From the IMG/VR virus record IMGVR_UViG_3300035670_000993, positions 1 to 29,277 of that record: DNA of 29,277 nucleotides; one strand, 5' to 3'. This stretch comes from a virus. Below are positions 1 to 7,120 of this stretch, piece by piece. The notes under the pieces were generated by a model. That model saw nothing but the letters and a program-made list of their open reading frames with translations, was not told the origin of the DNA and searched no databases. Within the stretch, counting starts at the first letter, position 1. Every line of letters begins with the position of its first letter. The position numbers and the translations under genes are program-made.

Positions 1-87
1 CCCATCCGTGCCTATGTGGTAGGTGGTGACGTTACAACCTCACAACAACTGGAGCGTCAACGAGTAAAAACAGCAACATTCGGATAA
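1..87 (+). CDS. 3' fragment of the tape-measure-like gene (duplicate of 29151..29237)
   Basis: In-frame translation PIRAYVVGGDVTTSQQLERQRVKTATFG* equals the C-terminus of ORF 27330..29237. It exists only because of the terminal repeat. Confidence 0.9.
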   Translation, partial: PIRAYVVGGDVTTSQQLERQRVKTATFG

Positions 88-127
88 TGAAACTTATTGA
101 ACTTATACTTGATGAAACGATGGCTTT
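1..127. repeat. 127-bp direct terminal repeat, identical to 29151..29277 (circular closure, assembly overlap or terminal redundancy)
   Basis: Base-by-base comparison of the first 127 nt (cccatccgtgcctatgtggt...gatgaaacgatggcttt) with the last 127 nt shows identity. The repeat runs exactly to both window ends. Confidence 0.97.
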
Positions 128-1019
128 GACTGGCATTGATGCCATCAGCCTCGTAGAGTACCCCGCCATTGAGGAGGACTTCATTGCACTAAACTCGCAG
201 AAGCGTCAGCTCTTTGCAATGCAGAACCAAGAGAAGCGCCTGCTGATGGGTGCTGCTTTGGTTCCCGACAAGCCCATCTACCGCACCGATGGTGAAGAAC
301 AATACTACGTTTACTTTTCAAAGGACACCATCCGCAAGGCAATGGAGTTGTTCTTCAAGAACGGCTACCAAAGCAACGCTACCATCGAACACGAATACGG
401 AGTAGAGGGTACTACTGTGGTAGAGTCGTGGATTATCGAAGATGACAAGCTTGACAAGAGCCGTGCCTACGGCCTTGAGCTTCCTGTCGGCACGTGGATG
501 GTTTCAATGAAGATTGAAAACGATAGCATTTGGAAGCGTGTAAAGGATGGCGAGTTCAAGGGCTTCAGCATCGAAGGCTACTTCGTTGACAAGATGAACT
601 TCGCCAAGCAAGACCTTGCCAAGATAGAGGAGCAAGAGGCGGCTTTACTGCTATCGCAAATCGTAGGCATCATCAAAAAGGATGGTCGCAAGAAAAGCGG
701 TAGTCGCTTGGAGCTTGAGTCGTATGCTGACTACCCCGATGGCGTAAAGAACAACGCCAAGCGTGGCATTGAGCTGAACGAGAAGAACGGCAACAAGTGC
801 GCTACTGGAGTAGGCAAGGTACGGGCGCAGCAGCTCGCACAGGGCAAAGCATTGAGCGTAGAGACCATCTCTCGGATGTACTCCTACCTATCAAGAGCCG
901 AGAGCTACTACGATGAAAACGACACCACCGCTTGCGGCACCATCAGCTTCCTTTTGTGGGGTGGTCTTGCGGGTAAGCGTTGGGCTGAATCTAAACTTAA
1001 AGAACTCGGTAAATTATGA
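87..1019 (+). CDS. XkdF-like putative prohead serine protease (Peptidase_S78_2-like N-domain) with an extra conserved C-terminal domain
   Basis: 310-aa ORF. The N-terminal ~170 aa fit my memory of the XkdF pattern (ISLVEYPAIEEDF, LLMGAALVPDKPIY, TIEHEY, VVESWII, GTWMVSMKI, WKRVKDGEFKGFSIEGYF). It lies directly upstream of the scaffold and capsid genes, and its ATG overlaps the preceding TAA (TAATG). Confidence 0.8.
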   Translation: MKLIELILDETMALTGIDAISLVEYPAIEEDFIALNSQKRQLFAMQNQEKRLLMGAALVPDKPIYRTDGEEQYYVYFSKDTIRKAMELFFKNGYQSNATIEHEYGVEGTTVVESWIIEDDKLDKSRAYGLELPVGTWMVSMKIENDSIWKRVKDGEFKGFSIEGYFVDKMNFAKQDLAKIEEQEAALLLSQIVGIIKKDGRKKSGSRLELESYADYPDGVKNNAKRGIELNEKNGNKCATGVGKVRAQQLAQGKALSVETISRMYSYLSRAESYYDENDTTACGTISFLLWGGLAGKRWAESKLKELGKL

Positions 1020-1177
1020 TGCGCCCCCAAAAACTCCCAGTAGCCTCACCACGAGGCGGTCAACGTGGATGCCTTTGCAAGGACAACACCTACTCTCGTA
1101 AGTGCTGCGATGGCAGTTTACCTGCTCAAGGCATCGGCTCTTTGGTAGGGCAAGGTGATGTAATCATCAACCCCTAA
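1016..1177 (+). CDS. Small Cys-rich protein (53 aa), translationally coupled to the protease gene
   Basis: Hand-translated ORF absent from the track: MMRPQKLPVASPRGGQRGCLCKDNTYSRKCCDGSLPAQGIGSLVGQGDVIINP*. Its ATG at 1016 overlaps the TGA at 1017-1019 (ATGA). It fills the otherwise empty gap between the protease and scaffold genes. Confidence 0.4.
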   Translation: MMRPQKLPVASPRGGQRGCLCKDNTYSRKCCDGSLPAQGIGSLVGQGDVIINP

Positions 1178-1216
1178 AATGTTACAAATAACCAACCCCC
1201 TTTTATTTAGTTAGAT

Positions 1217-1816
1217 ATGAAAGCAAACACTATCTTAAACCGCATCCTCGCAGAATTGGCCTCCGTACGTGAGGTTAAATTTGCGACAATGAACCTTGAG
1301 AACGGAGCCGTTCTTGAGGCTGAAGCCTTTGAAGCAGGAAACGAAGTATTCATCGTAAGCGGTGAAGACCGTGTCCCTGCTCCAGTAGGAGAACACAAGC
1401 TCGAAGATGGTAGCATCCTCGTTATTGTTGAAGAAGGACTGATTGCAGAAATCAAAGCAGCAGAGGCAGAAGCCGAAGTTGAGGTTGAGCTGCAGTCAGA
1501 AGAAGCCGTTGCAGTTGCCGAAGAGGTAGCTCAAGAGGCCGTATCTGAAGTAACTGAAGAGGTTGCTGCCGTTATTGAGGTAGCAGTCGCTGAAGCAGTT
1601 GCTCCCCTTGTTGAGGAGATTCAGAGCGAGATGAAAAAAATGAAGGATGAGATGGCTAAGTACAAAGAGGAGATGGCTTCTGCAAAGAAGGAGTTTTCTT
1701 CTCAAGCTGCTGCCAAGCCAATCAAGCACAATCCTGCAACAAAGCAAGCCAACAAGGTTGAATTTAATCGTCCTATGAAGGCGATTGACCGAGTCCTTGC
1801 ACGTCTTAACAACTAA
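1217..1816 (+). CDS. Scaffolding protein
   Basis: 199 aa, strongly acidic and A/E/V-rich with predicted helical/coiled character (AEAEAEVEVELQSEEAVAVAEEVAQEAV...MKKMKDEMAKYKEEMASAKKE). It sits between the protease and major capsid genes. Confidence 0.75.
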   Translation: MKANTILNRILAELASVREVKFATMNLENGAVLEAEAFEAGNEVFIVSGEDRVPAPVGEHKLEDGSILVIVEEGLIAEIKAAEAEAEVEVELQSEEAVAVAEEVAQEAVSEVTEEVAAVIEVAVAEAVAPLVEEIQSEMKKMKDEMAKYKEEMASAKKEFSSQAAAKPIKHNPATKQANKVEFNRPMKAIDRVLARLNN

Positions 1817-1833
1817 AAATAAAAAAGTAAAAA

Positions 1834-2760
1834 ATGGCCACTACGACCAGTATTACAACTTCGTACGCAGGGCAGTTTGCCTCAAAGTACATCTCTGCTG
1901 CTCTTTTGAGCGCAGACACGCTTGACAAGGGTCTCATTGAGATTCTTCCAAACGTAAACTTCAAAACCACCCTTCAGAAGGTTAGCACTGACGACCTAGT
2001 GAAGGACGCCACCTGTGACTTCACTGCTACCTCTACCCTCACTTTGACCGACCGTGTCCTTGAGGTAGAGCCATTCCAAGTAAACCTTCAGCTTTGCAAA
2101 AAGGACTACTACGATTCTTGGATTGGTGGTCAAATGGGCTTCTCTGCCTACGATAGCATCCCTGCTTCTTTTGCTGACTTCTTGATTGCTCACGTAGCTG
2201 CCAAGACTGCACAGAAGATTGAGCAGAACATTTGGAACGGAAACGCTGCTTCTGCTGGTGAGTTCTCAGGTCTCATCTCTTTGATGACTGCTGACTCTGA
2301 CGTAGTTGACGTAACCGCTACGACTGTAACTGCTGCTAACGTAATCACCGAGCTTGGTAAAGTTGTAGACGCTATCCCTTCTGCGCTTTACGGTAAAGAG
2401 GACTTGACCATCTACGTACCACAAAACGTAGCTAAGGCTTACGTTCGTGCGCTTGGTGGCTTCGGTACCTCAGGTCTTGGTGCTAATGGTGTTGACAACA
2501 AAGGCACTATGTGGTACGGACAGGGTGACTTGTTCTTCGATGGCATCCGTGTAGCAATGGTTAACGGCCTTCCTTCTAACAAGATGGTAGCTGCTCAGTC
2601 AAGCAACTTGTACTTCGGTACTGGTCTGTTGAACGAGCGTAACGAGGTTCGTGTACTTGATATGGCTGACCTTGATGGTTCAGACAACATCCGTGTTATC
2701 TTGCGCTTCTTCGCAGGTGTACAATACGGCATCGGTACTGACGTAGTTCTCTACTCTTAA
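1834..2760 (+). CDS. Major capsid protein (HK97-fold type)
   Basis: 308 aa in the canonical position after protease and scaffold. The A-rich leader lacks an SD, and a GC-rich hairpin plus T-run terminator follows immediately. Sequence character (TSYAGQFASKYISAALLSADTLDKGLIEILPNV...) is typical of phage capsid proteins. Confidence 0.8.
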   Translation: MATTTSITTSYAGQFASKYISAALLSADTLDKGLIEILPNVNFKTTLQKVSTDDLVKDATCDFTATSTLTLTDRVLEVEPFQVNLQLCKKDYYDSWIGGQMGFSAYDSIPASFADFLIAHVAAKTAQKIEQNIWNGNAASAGEFSGLISLMTADSDVVDVTATTVTAANVITELGKVVDAIPSALYGKEDLTIYVPQNVAKAYVRALGGFGTSGLGANGVDNKGTMWYGQGDLFFDGIRVAMVNGLPSNKMVAAQSSNLYFGTGLLNERNEVRVLDMADLDGSDNIRVILRFFAGVQYGIGTDVVLYS

Positions 2761-2783
2761 TCCGAGCATTTAAATAAACCATA

Positions 2784-2815
2784 GGGGGTGTGGGTTCTGC
2801 CCCGCCCCCTTTTTT
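2784..2815 (+). terminator. Rho-independent terminator after the capsid gene
   Basis: GGGGGTGTGGG-ttct-GCCCCGCCCCC imperfect GC-rich hairpin followed by TTTTTT (2810-2815). Confidence 0.75.
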
Positions 2816-2832
2816 AATTCAAACAAAGAACA

Positions 2833-3381
2833 ATGGCTTGCGATTTAACAAAAGGACGTGCAGTACCGTGTAAGGACGTAGTAGGTGGCATTCGTGCCGT
2901 ATACTTTGTTGACTTCGGTGACTTCACTAGCGTAACCCTCACCAACGATGAGGTAACCGATATTAGCGGAACTTTTTCTGCGTACCAGTACGTAGTAAAA
3001 GGCAATAGCTCTTTCGAGCAAGCGTTCAACTCAAGCCGTGAGAATGGTACTACCTTCTTCACGCAGACCTTGAATTTGACGCTTACCAAGCTCACAAAGG
3101 AGGACAACAAGGAACTCAAGTTGCTTGCTTACGGACGCCCCTACGTTGTCGTAGAGGACTACAACGGCAACGCTTTCTTGATGGGTAAGAACTACGGAGC
3201 AGAGGTAACTGGTGGCACTATTGTCACGGGTGCTGCTATGGGTGACCTTTCGGGCTACACCTTAACGATGGAAGCACAGGAGCAACTGCCTGCCAACTTC
3301 ATTAGCGGTGCCACGCTAAACAATCCTTTTGCGGGTTGTGCTGGTGCAACCGATACGATTGTTGTAGGTAGCAATTCCTAA
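2833..3381 (+). CDS. Abundant virion structural protein, candidate major tail (tube) protein
   Basis: 182 aa and beta-rich (GGIRAVYFVDFGDFTSVTLTNDEV...). It is bracketed by two strong terminators, which suggests a highly expressed unit. A long-tailed phage with a tape-measure-like gene needs a tube protein, and this is the best candidate. A capsid decoration role is not excluded. Confidence 0.45.
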   Translation: MACDLTKGRAVPCKDVVGGIRAVYFVDFGDFTSVTLTNDEVTDISGTFSAYQYVVKGNSSFEQAFNSSRENGTTFFTQTLNLTLTKLTKEDNKELKLLAYGRPYVVVEDYNGNAFLMGKNYGAEVTGGTIVTGAAMGDLSGYTLTMEAQEQLPANFISGATLNNPFAGCAGATDTIVVGSNS

Positions 3382-3432
3382 CATATATTTGCTCTATTGA
3401 TTCGAAAGAGTTGATGAGTGTATAGGATGGAT

Positions 3433-3459
3433 GAGGGGCTTCGGCCCCTTTTTCTTTTT
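3433..3459 (+). terminator. Rho-independent terminator
   Basis: GAGGGGC-TTCG-GCCCCTT hairpin (perfect GGGGC/GCCCC stem, TTCG tetraloop) followed by TTTTTCTTTTT. Confidence 0.9.
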
Positions 3460-3494
3460 CAAACAATTTAACATCGTGAGGTTATTTACTTGAG

Positions 3495-3830
3495 ATGCAT
3501 ATTCTACAAGTATCAGCTTCACCGCAATCAATTACAATCATACCACGTTCCTTTCCTGCGAGCGTCACGATTGAGTTGGTGGATGAATCAACAAACACTA
3601 CTGCAACCCCTGCGGTGACTGCTGCCTCTGCAAATGGTTTTATGACCCTTACAGGCACTTTCTCGTTGGTAAATAACCGCTTCTATGGGTTAAAGGTTTT
3701 TAACGCAGGAAATCTCATTTATAGAGACCGAGTATTCGTAACTTCACAAACGGAATACGACAAGTTCACGGTGAACGCAGGAGTCTACACCGAAGAAACA
3801 ACATACGACAATGAGTACATCATCATCTAA
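3495..3830 (+). CDS. Hypothetical small beta-rich virion-module protein
   Basis: 111-aa ORF in the structural module. Its 3' end overlaps the portal start by 20 nt. No recognisable motifs. Confidence 0.55.
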   Translation: MHILQVSASPQSITIIPRSFPASVTIELVDESTNTTATPAVTAASANGFMTLTGTFSLVNNRFYGLKVFNAGNLIYRDRVFVTSQTEYDKFTVNAGVYTEETTYDNEYIII

Positions 3831-5847
3831 AGTCCACGTAGTAAACTTCAGTTCCTACACCACGCCCGAAATCAAAGAGGTGCAGGGTAAGGAATGGGTA
3901 GAATACGGGGATGATAACAACTACTTCCAGTATTTGATTGACCGCTACAACGGCTCACCTACTAACAACGCCCTAATAAATGGCATCGTAGACTTTATCT
4001 ACGGCAATGGCCTTGATGCTACCGACTCTGCTACGAAGCCTGCGGAGTACGCTGCAATGAGGGGCTTGCTGAACAAGGACTGCATCCGTAAGATTGTAGC
4101 TGACTACAAGATGATGGGGCAGTGCGCCATTCAGGTGGTGTACTCACGTGACCACAACACCATCGCTGAGGTTGCTCACATCCCTACCGAAACCCTGCGT
4201 GCTGAGAAGGCAAACGAAGAGGGTGAGATTGAGGCGTACTACTACGCCAAAGATTGGAGCGAGGTAGCAAAGCGCAAGGAGACCCCCGTTCGAATCCCTG
4301 CTTTTGGCACAAGCCAAGAGGCTATTGAGATTCTCTATATCAAACCATACCGAGCAGGATTCTACTACTACTCACCCGTAGACTATCAAGGTGGACTGCC
4401 CTACGCAGAGCTTGAGGAGGAGGTAGCCAACTACCACATCAACAATATTCAGAATTCGCTCAGTCCTTCGCTCTTGATTAACTTCAACAACGGAGTTCCA
4501 AGCGAGGAGGAACGCAGGCAGATAGAGCAGCAGATTGCCCAAAAGTATAGCGGCTCATCTAACTCAGGAAAGTTTATCTTGGCGTTTAACGACAACAAGG
4601 AATTGGCTGCTACGATTGACACGATTCAGTTGTCGGATGCCGCTAACCAATACCAGTTCTTGTCTGATGAGGCTACCCAAAAGCTGATGGTAGCCCACCG
4701 CATCACCTCACCGATGCTGCTTGGAATTAAGGACAATTCGGGGCTTGGCAACAACGCTGATGAACTGAAGACCGCATCTATTCTGTTTGACAACATCGTT
4801 ATCCGTCCGATGCAGGAGGTCATCCTTGAGGGATTGAACAAGATTTTATCGTACAACGACCTGCGCTTGAACATCTACTTCAAGACCCTTCAGCCACTTG
4901 AGTTCACCGAGCCAAGCGTACAGAGCGCAGAGGTCATAGAGGAGAACACGGGTGTCAAGGCTGACATCATCGCTGCTCCTGCGGTCGCTGACGCTGATGC
5001 TCAAGAGGAGCTAATTCAGAAGGAGGCTTCGTACAACGGAGCGCAGATTGCAAGCTCGCTTCAGATTATGCAGAGCGTGAAGGACGGCATCCTTACGGTT
5101 GACCAAGCCATCACGTTCCTTGTGCAGATGCTTCAGTTCGACCCACAGGTCGCAAAGGCGTTGTTTGCGGGTAACTCTGCAAACGTCATCACGCAGATGA
5201 AGTCACACAAATTCAAGCAAGACGTACCCGAATTCACCCACGAAGAAGAACACAAGTGGATTGAGTCTCTGCGGGGAAAGGGTGAGGTCGTTGATTTAGA
5301 AGAATGGGAACTCATCTCTGATGAGGTAGTCAACGACCCTGACAATGAGGAAGCCCACCTCGCCAAGCAGTATAACTTCGCAGTTGAGGACTTCAGTAAT
5401 GCTGATGACCGCAGCCGATTCGATAGTGGCTTGTACAAAATCCGTTACGCCTACACCCGTAACATCAGCGCAAACTCTCGTGAGTTCTGCCGTGAGATGG
5501 TGGGAGCAGCAAACGGAGGAATAGTATACCGCAAAGAAGACATTGATATGATGAGCTTTAGTGGGGTAAATGGTCAGTTTGCACCTGAAGGACAGAGCGT
5601 GTACTCTATTTGGAAGTGGAAGGGTGGAGCGTTCTGCCACCACGCTTGGAGGCGTTTGGTTTACTTCCGCAAGCGGGAGGGGGGCAAGTTCTTGCCGAAC
5701 GAAGGACTAGATAACGATACGGTTGTATCTACCGAGAAGGCCATTAAAGATGGCGTACCAACAAATAAACTCGTACCTAACGGATGGGATGAGGCGCAGA
5801 AGCGACCTATTGACACGCCCAGTCGTGGTTCATTAAAATACAGATAA
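3811..5847 (+). CDS. Portal protein fused to a MuF/SPP1-gp7-like head-morphogenesis domain
   Basis: 678 aa. The N-terminal two-thirds look portal-like (WVEYGDDNNYFQYLIDRYNGSPTNNALINGIVDFIYGNGL, and the crown-like NGAQIASSLQIMQSVKDGILTVDQAITFLVQML). The C-terminal ~170 aa carry Cys/His motifs like the Mu F family (SREFCREMVG...WKWKGGAFCHHAWRRLVY). Confidence 0.7.
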   Translation: MSTSSSKVHVVNFSSYTTPEIKEVQGKEWVEYGDDNNYFQYLIDRYNGSPTNNALINGIVDFIYGNGLDATDSATKPAEYAAMRGLLNKDCIRKIVADYKMMGQCAIQVVYSRDHNTIAEVAHIPTETLRAEKANEEGEIEAYYYAKDWSEVAKRKETPVRIPAFGTSQEAIEILYIKPYRAGFYYYSPVDYQGGLPYAELEEEVANYHINNIQNSLSPSLLINFNNGVPSEEERRQIEQQIAQKYSGSSNSGKFILAFNDNKELAATIDTIQLSDAANQYQFLSDEATQKLMVAHRITSPMLLGIKDNSGLGNNADELKTASILFDNIVIRPMQEVILEGLNKILSYNDLRLNIYFKTLQPLEFTEPSVQSAEVIEENTGVKADIIAAPAVADADAQEELIQKEASYNGAQIASSLQIMQSVKDGILTVDQAITFLVQMLQFDPQVAKALFAGNSANVITQMKSHKFKQDVPEFTHEEEHKWIESLRGKGEVVDLEEWELISDEVVNDPDNEEAHLAKQYNFAVEDFSNADDRSRFDSGLYKIRYAYTRNISANSREFCREMVGAANGGIVYRKEDIDMMSFSGVNGQFAPEGQSVYSIWKWKGGAFCHHAWRRLVYFRKREGGKFLPNEGLDNDTVVSTEKAIKDGVPTNKLVPNGWDEAQKRPIDTPSRGSLKYR

Positions 5848-5850
5848 GAG

Positions 5851-6438
5851 ATGGCAGTTGTATATCGCCACCGCAGGCTTGATAAGAACGAGGTATTCTA
5901 TGTCGGAATCGGCAAGAAGGAATCTCGTGCCTTTGATATGGTTCACCGCAATCATATTTGGAAGGGCATCAAGAGCCGTAGTGAGGTAGGCGTTGAGATT
6001 GTGGCATCTGACCTTTCTTGGGAGCTTGCTTGCGAACTTGAGCAGTTGATGATTTCCGAGTATGGTCGCATTGACCTGCATACAGGAAGCCTTGCGAATC
6101 TAACGGATGGCGGAGAAGGAACTCTTGGCGTAAAGCAAAGTCAGGAATCAATTGCCAAGCGTGTGGCAAAAAACACAGGCAGAAAGAATACCGAAGAAAC
6201 AAAGCGTAAAATGTCAGAGGCTCGCAAGGGTATTGTGTTTAGCGCAGAACATATTGAAAATCTACGCAAGTCGCATCTTGGTCAAAAGACCATGAATGGC
6301 AAAATGGTTGTAGACCTCCAAACAGGATTCTTTTACGATAGCCTACGGAACGGATGCCTCTCCGTTGGAGTTAATTACAAGGCAGAGTTTGCCAAAGTGA
6401 AACGAGGTAGTAACAAATCAAGATTCCAATTCGTATAG
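5851..6438 (+). CDS. GIY-YIG homing endonuclease with NUMOD3-like repeats
   Basis: VVYRH...VFYVGIGKKESRAF...RNHIWKG...ELEQLMISEYGR...LANLTDGGEG is a GIY-YIG catalytic core. It is followed by repeated SxETKRKMSEARKG / SAEHIENLRKSHLGQK (NUMOD3-like DNA-binding) motifs. The gene is free-standing between the portal and adaptor genes. Confidence 0.85.
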   Translation: MAVVYRHRRLDKNEVFYVGIGKKESRAFDMVHRNHIWKGIKSRSEVGVEIVASDLSWELACELEQLMISEYGRIDLHTGSLANLTDGGEGTLGVKQSQESIAKRVAKNTGRKNTEETKRKMSEARKGIVFSAEHIENLRKSHLGQKTMNGKMVVDLQTGFFYDSLRNGCLSVGVNYKAEFAKVKRGSNKSRFQFV

Positions 6439-6440
6439 AT

Positions 6441-6941
6441 ATGCCAAAGGCTTTGTGGATAAAGAGGGAAGACCTCGTAAGAAATACCGCTATCGGTGGC
6501 AATGTGGACACCGACCGCTTCATTCAGTTCATTTCCATTGCTCAAGATATTCATCTGCAAAATTATACAGGTACAAAACTGTATGATAAAATCAGCAATG
6601 ATATCCTGAACAATACGCTCGTAGAGCCGTACCTGTCGCTCGTAAACGACTACCTGCAACCAATGCTCATCCATTTCGCAGCATCCGAGTATCTACCATT
6701 CGCAGCGTACACGATCGGCAACGGGGGTGTGTTCAAGCACAACTCGGAGAACTCTACTACGGCTGACAAATTAGAGGTTGACTACTTGGTAGGCAAGGCA
6801 CGTGATTTGGCACAGTATTATACTGACCGCTTTATCACGTATATGAGCTACAATCAAGCGACATTCCCAGAGTACAATTCAAACAACAATGCTGATGTCT
6901 ACCCCGACACGGACGCAAACTTCGCATCTTGGGTGTTGTAG
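6441..6941 (+). CDS. Putative head-tail adaptor/connector protein
   Basis: 166 aa, positioned after the portal (ignoring the homing endonuclease). The helical sequence (NVDTDRFIQFISIAQDIHLQNYTGTKLYDKI...YLQPMLIHFAASEYLPF) resembles gp6/gp15-type adaptors as I recall them. Assignment is positional and weak. Confidence 0.35.
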   Translation: MPKALWIKREDLVRNTAIGGNVDTDRFIQFISIAQDIHLQNYTGTKLYDKISNDILNNTLVEPYLSLVNDYLQPMLIHFAASEYLPFAAYTIGNGGVFKHNSENSTTADKLEVDYLVGKARDLAQYYTDRFITYMSYNQATFPEYNSNNNADVYPDTDANFASWVL

Positions 6942-6994
6942 GAAAACCTACGAGCCAAAGAAACAGAATATAATCAAGCTAAAAAAGTATCTAA

Positions 6995-7120
6995 ATGACT
7001 TGGGGACAAGGAGCAGTAAACAATAGCATCGGCTGGGGGAAGGCGTACGACAACGCCATCTCTTGGGGTGCGGTGTATGCATCGAGCAACACGGGAGACA
7101 CTAATATCACAGGAGCGTAA
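6995..7120 (+). CDS. 41-aa Trp/Gly-rich peptide translationally coupled to the tail fibre gene
   Basis: Hand-translated: MTWGQGAVNNSIGWGKAYDNAISWGAVYASSNTGDTNITGA*. Its stop TAA (7118-7120) overlaps the fibre ATG (7120) as TAATG. Internal W-G periodic repeat (WGQGA, IGWGKAY, ISWGAVY). Confidence 0.45.
   Translation: MTWGQGAVNNSIGWGKAYDNAISWGAVYASSNTGDTNITGA

Noticed and set aside
913-1101. Alternative-frame + strand ORFs nested in longer genes: 913..1101, 9772..9957, 11202..11468, 16227..16421, 17069..17305, 19364..19618, 21109..21387, 23102..23284, 24298..24510 and 24515..24799.
   Set aside because: They are out of frame with well-supported genes (protease, amidase, TerL, methyltransferase and others). 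Their compositions are Pro/Ser/Thr/Arg-rich, typical of off-frame translation. No independent signals support them.
4288-4297. GTTCGAATCC, a tRNA T-loop-like decamer.
   Set aside because: It lies inside the portal coding sequence. The flanks (ccccc / ctgct) cannot form a T-stem, and no acceptor or anticodon arms are present. I found no convincing tRNA anywhere in the window by eye, though a tRNAscan run would be definitive.
6454-6462. Perfect DnaA-box 9-mer TGTGGATAA (the complement of TTATCCACA). This is interesting given the phage DnaA-domain-IV-like protein.
   Set aside because: It is a single copy located inside the first codons of a structural gene. I found no cluster, and none in the AT-rich control region. 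A single 9-mer match is compatible with chance.
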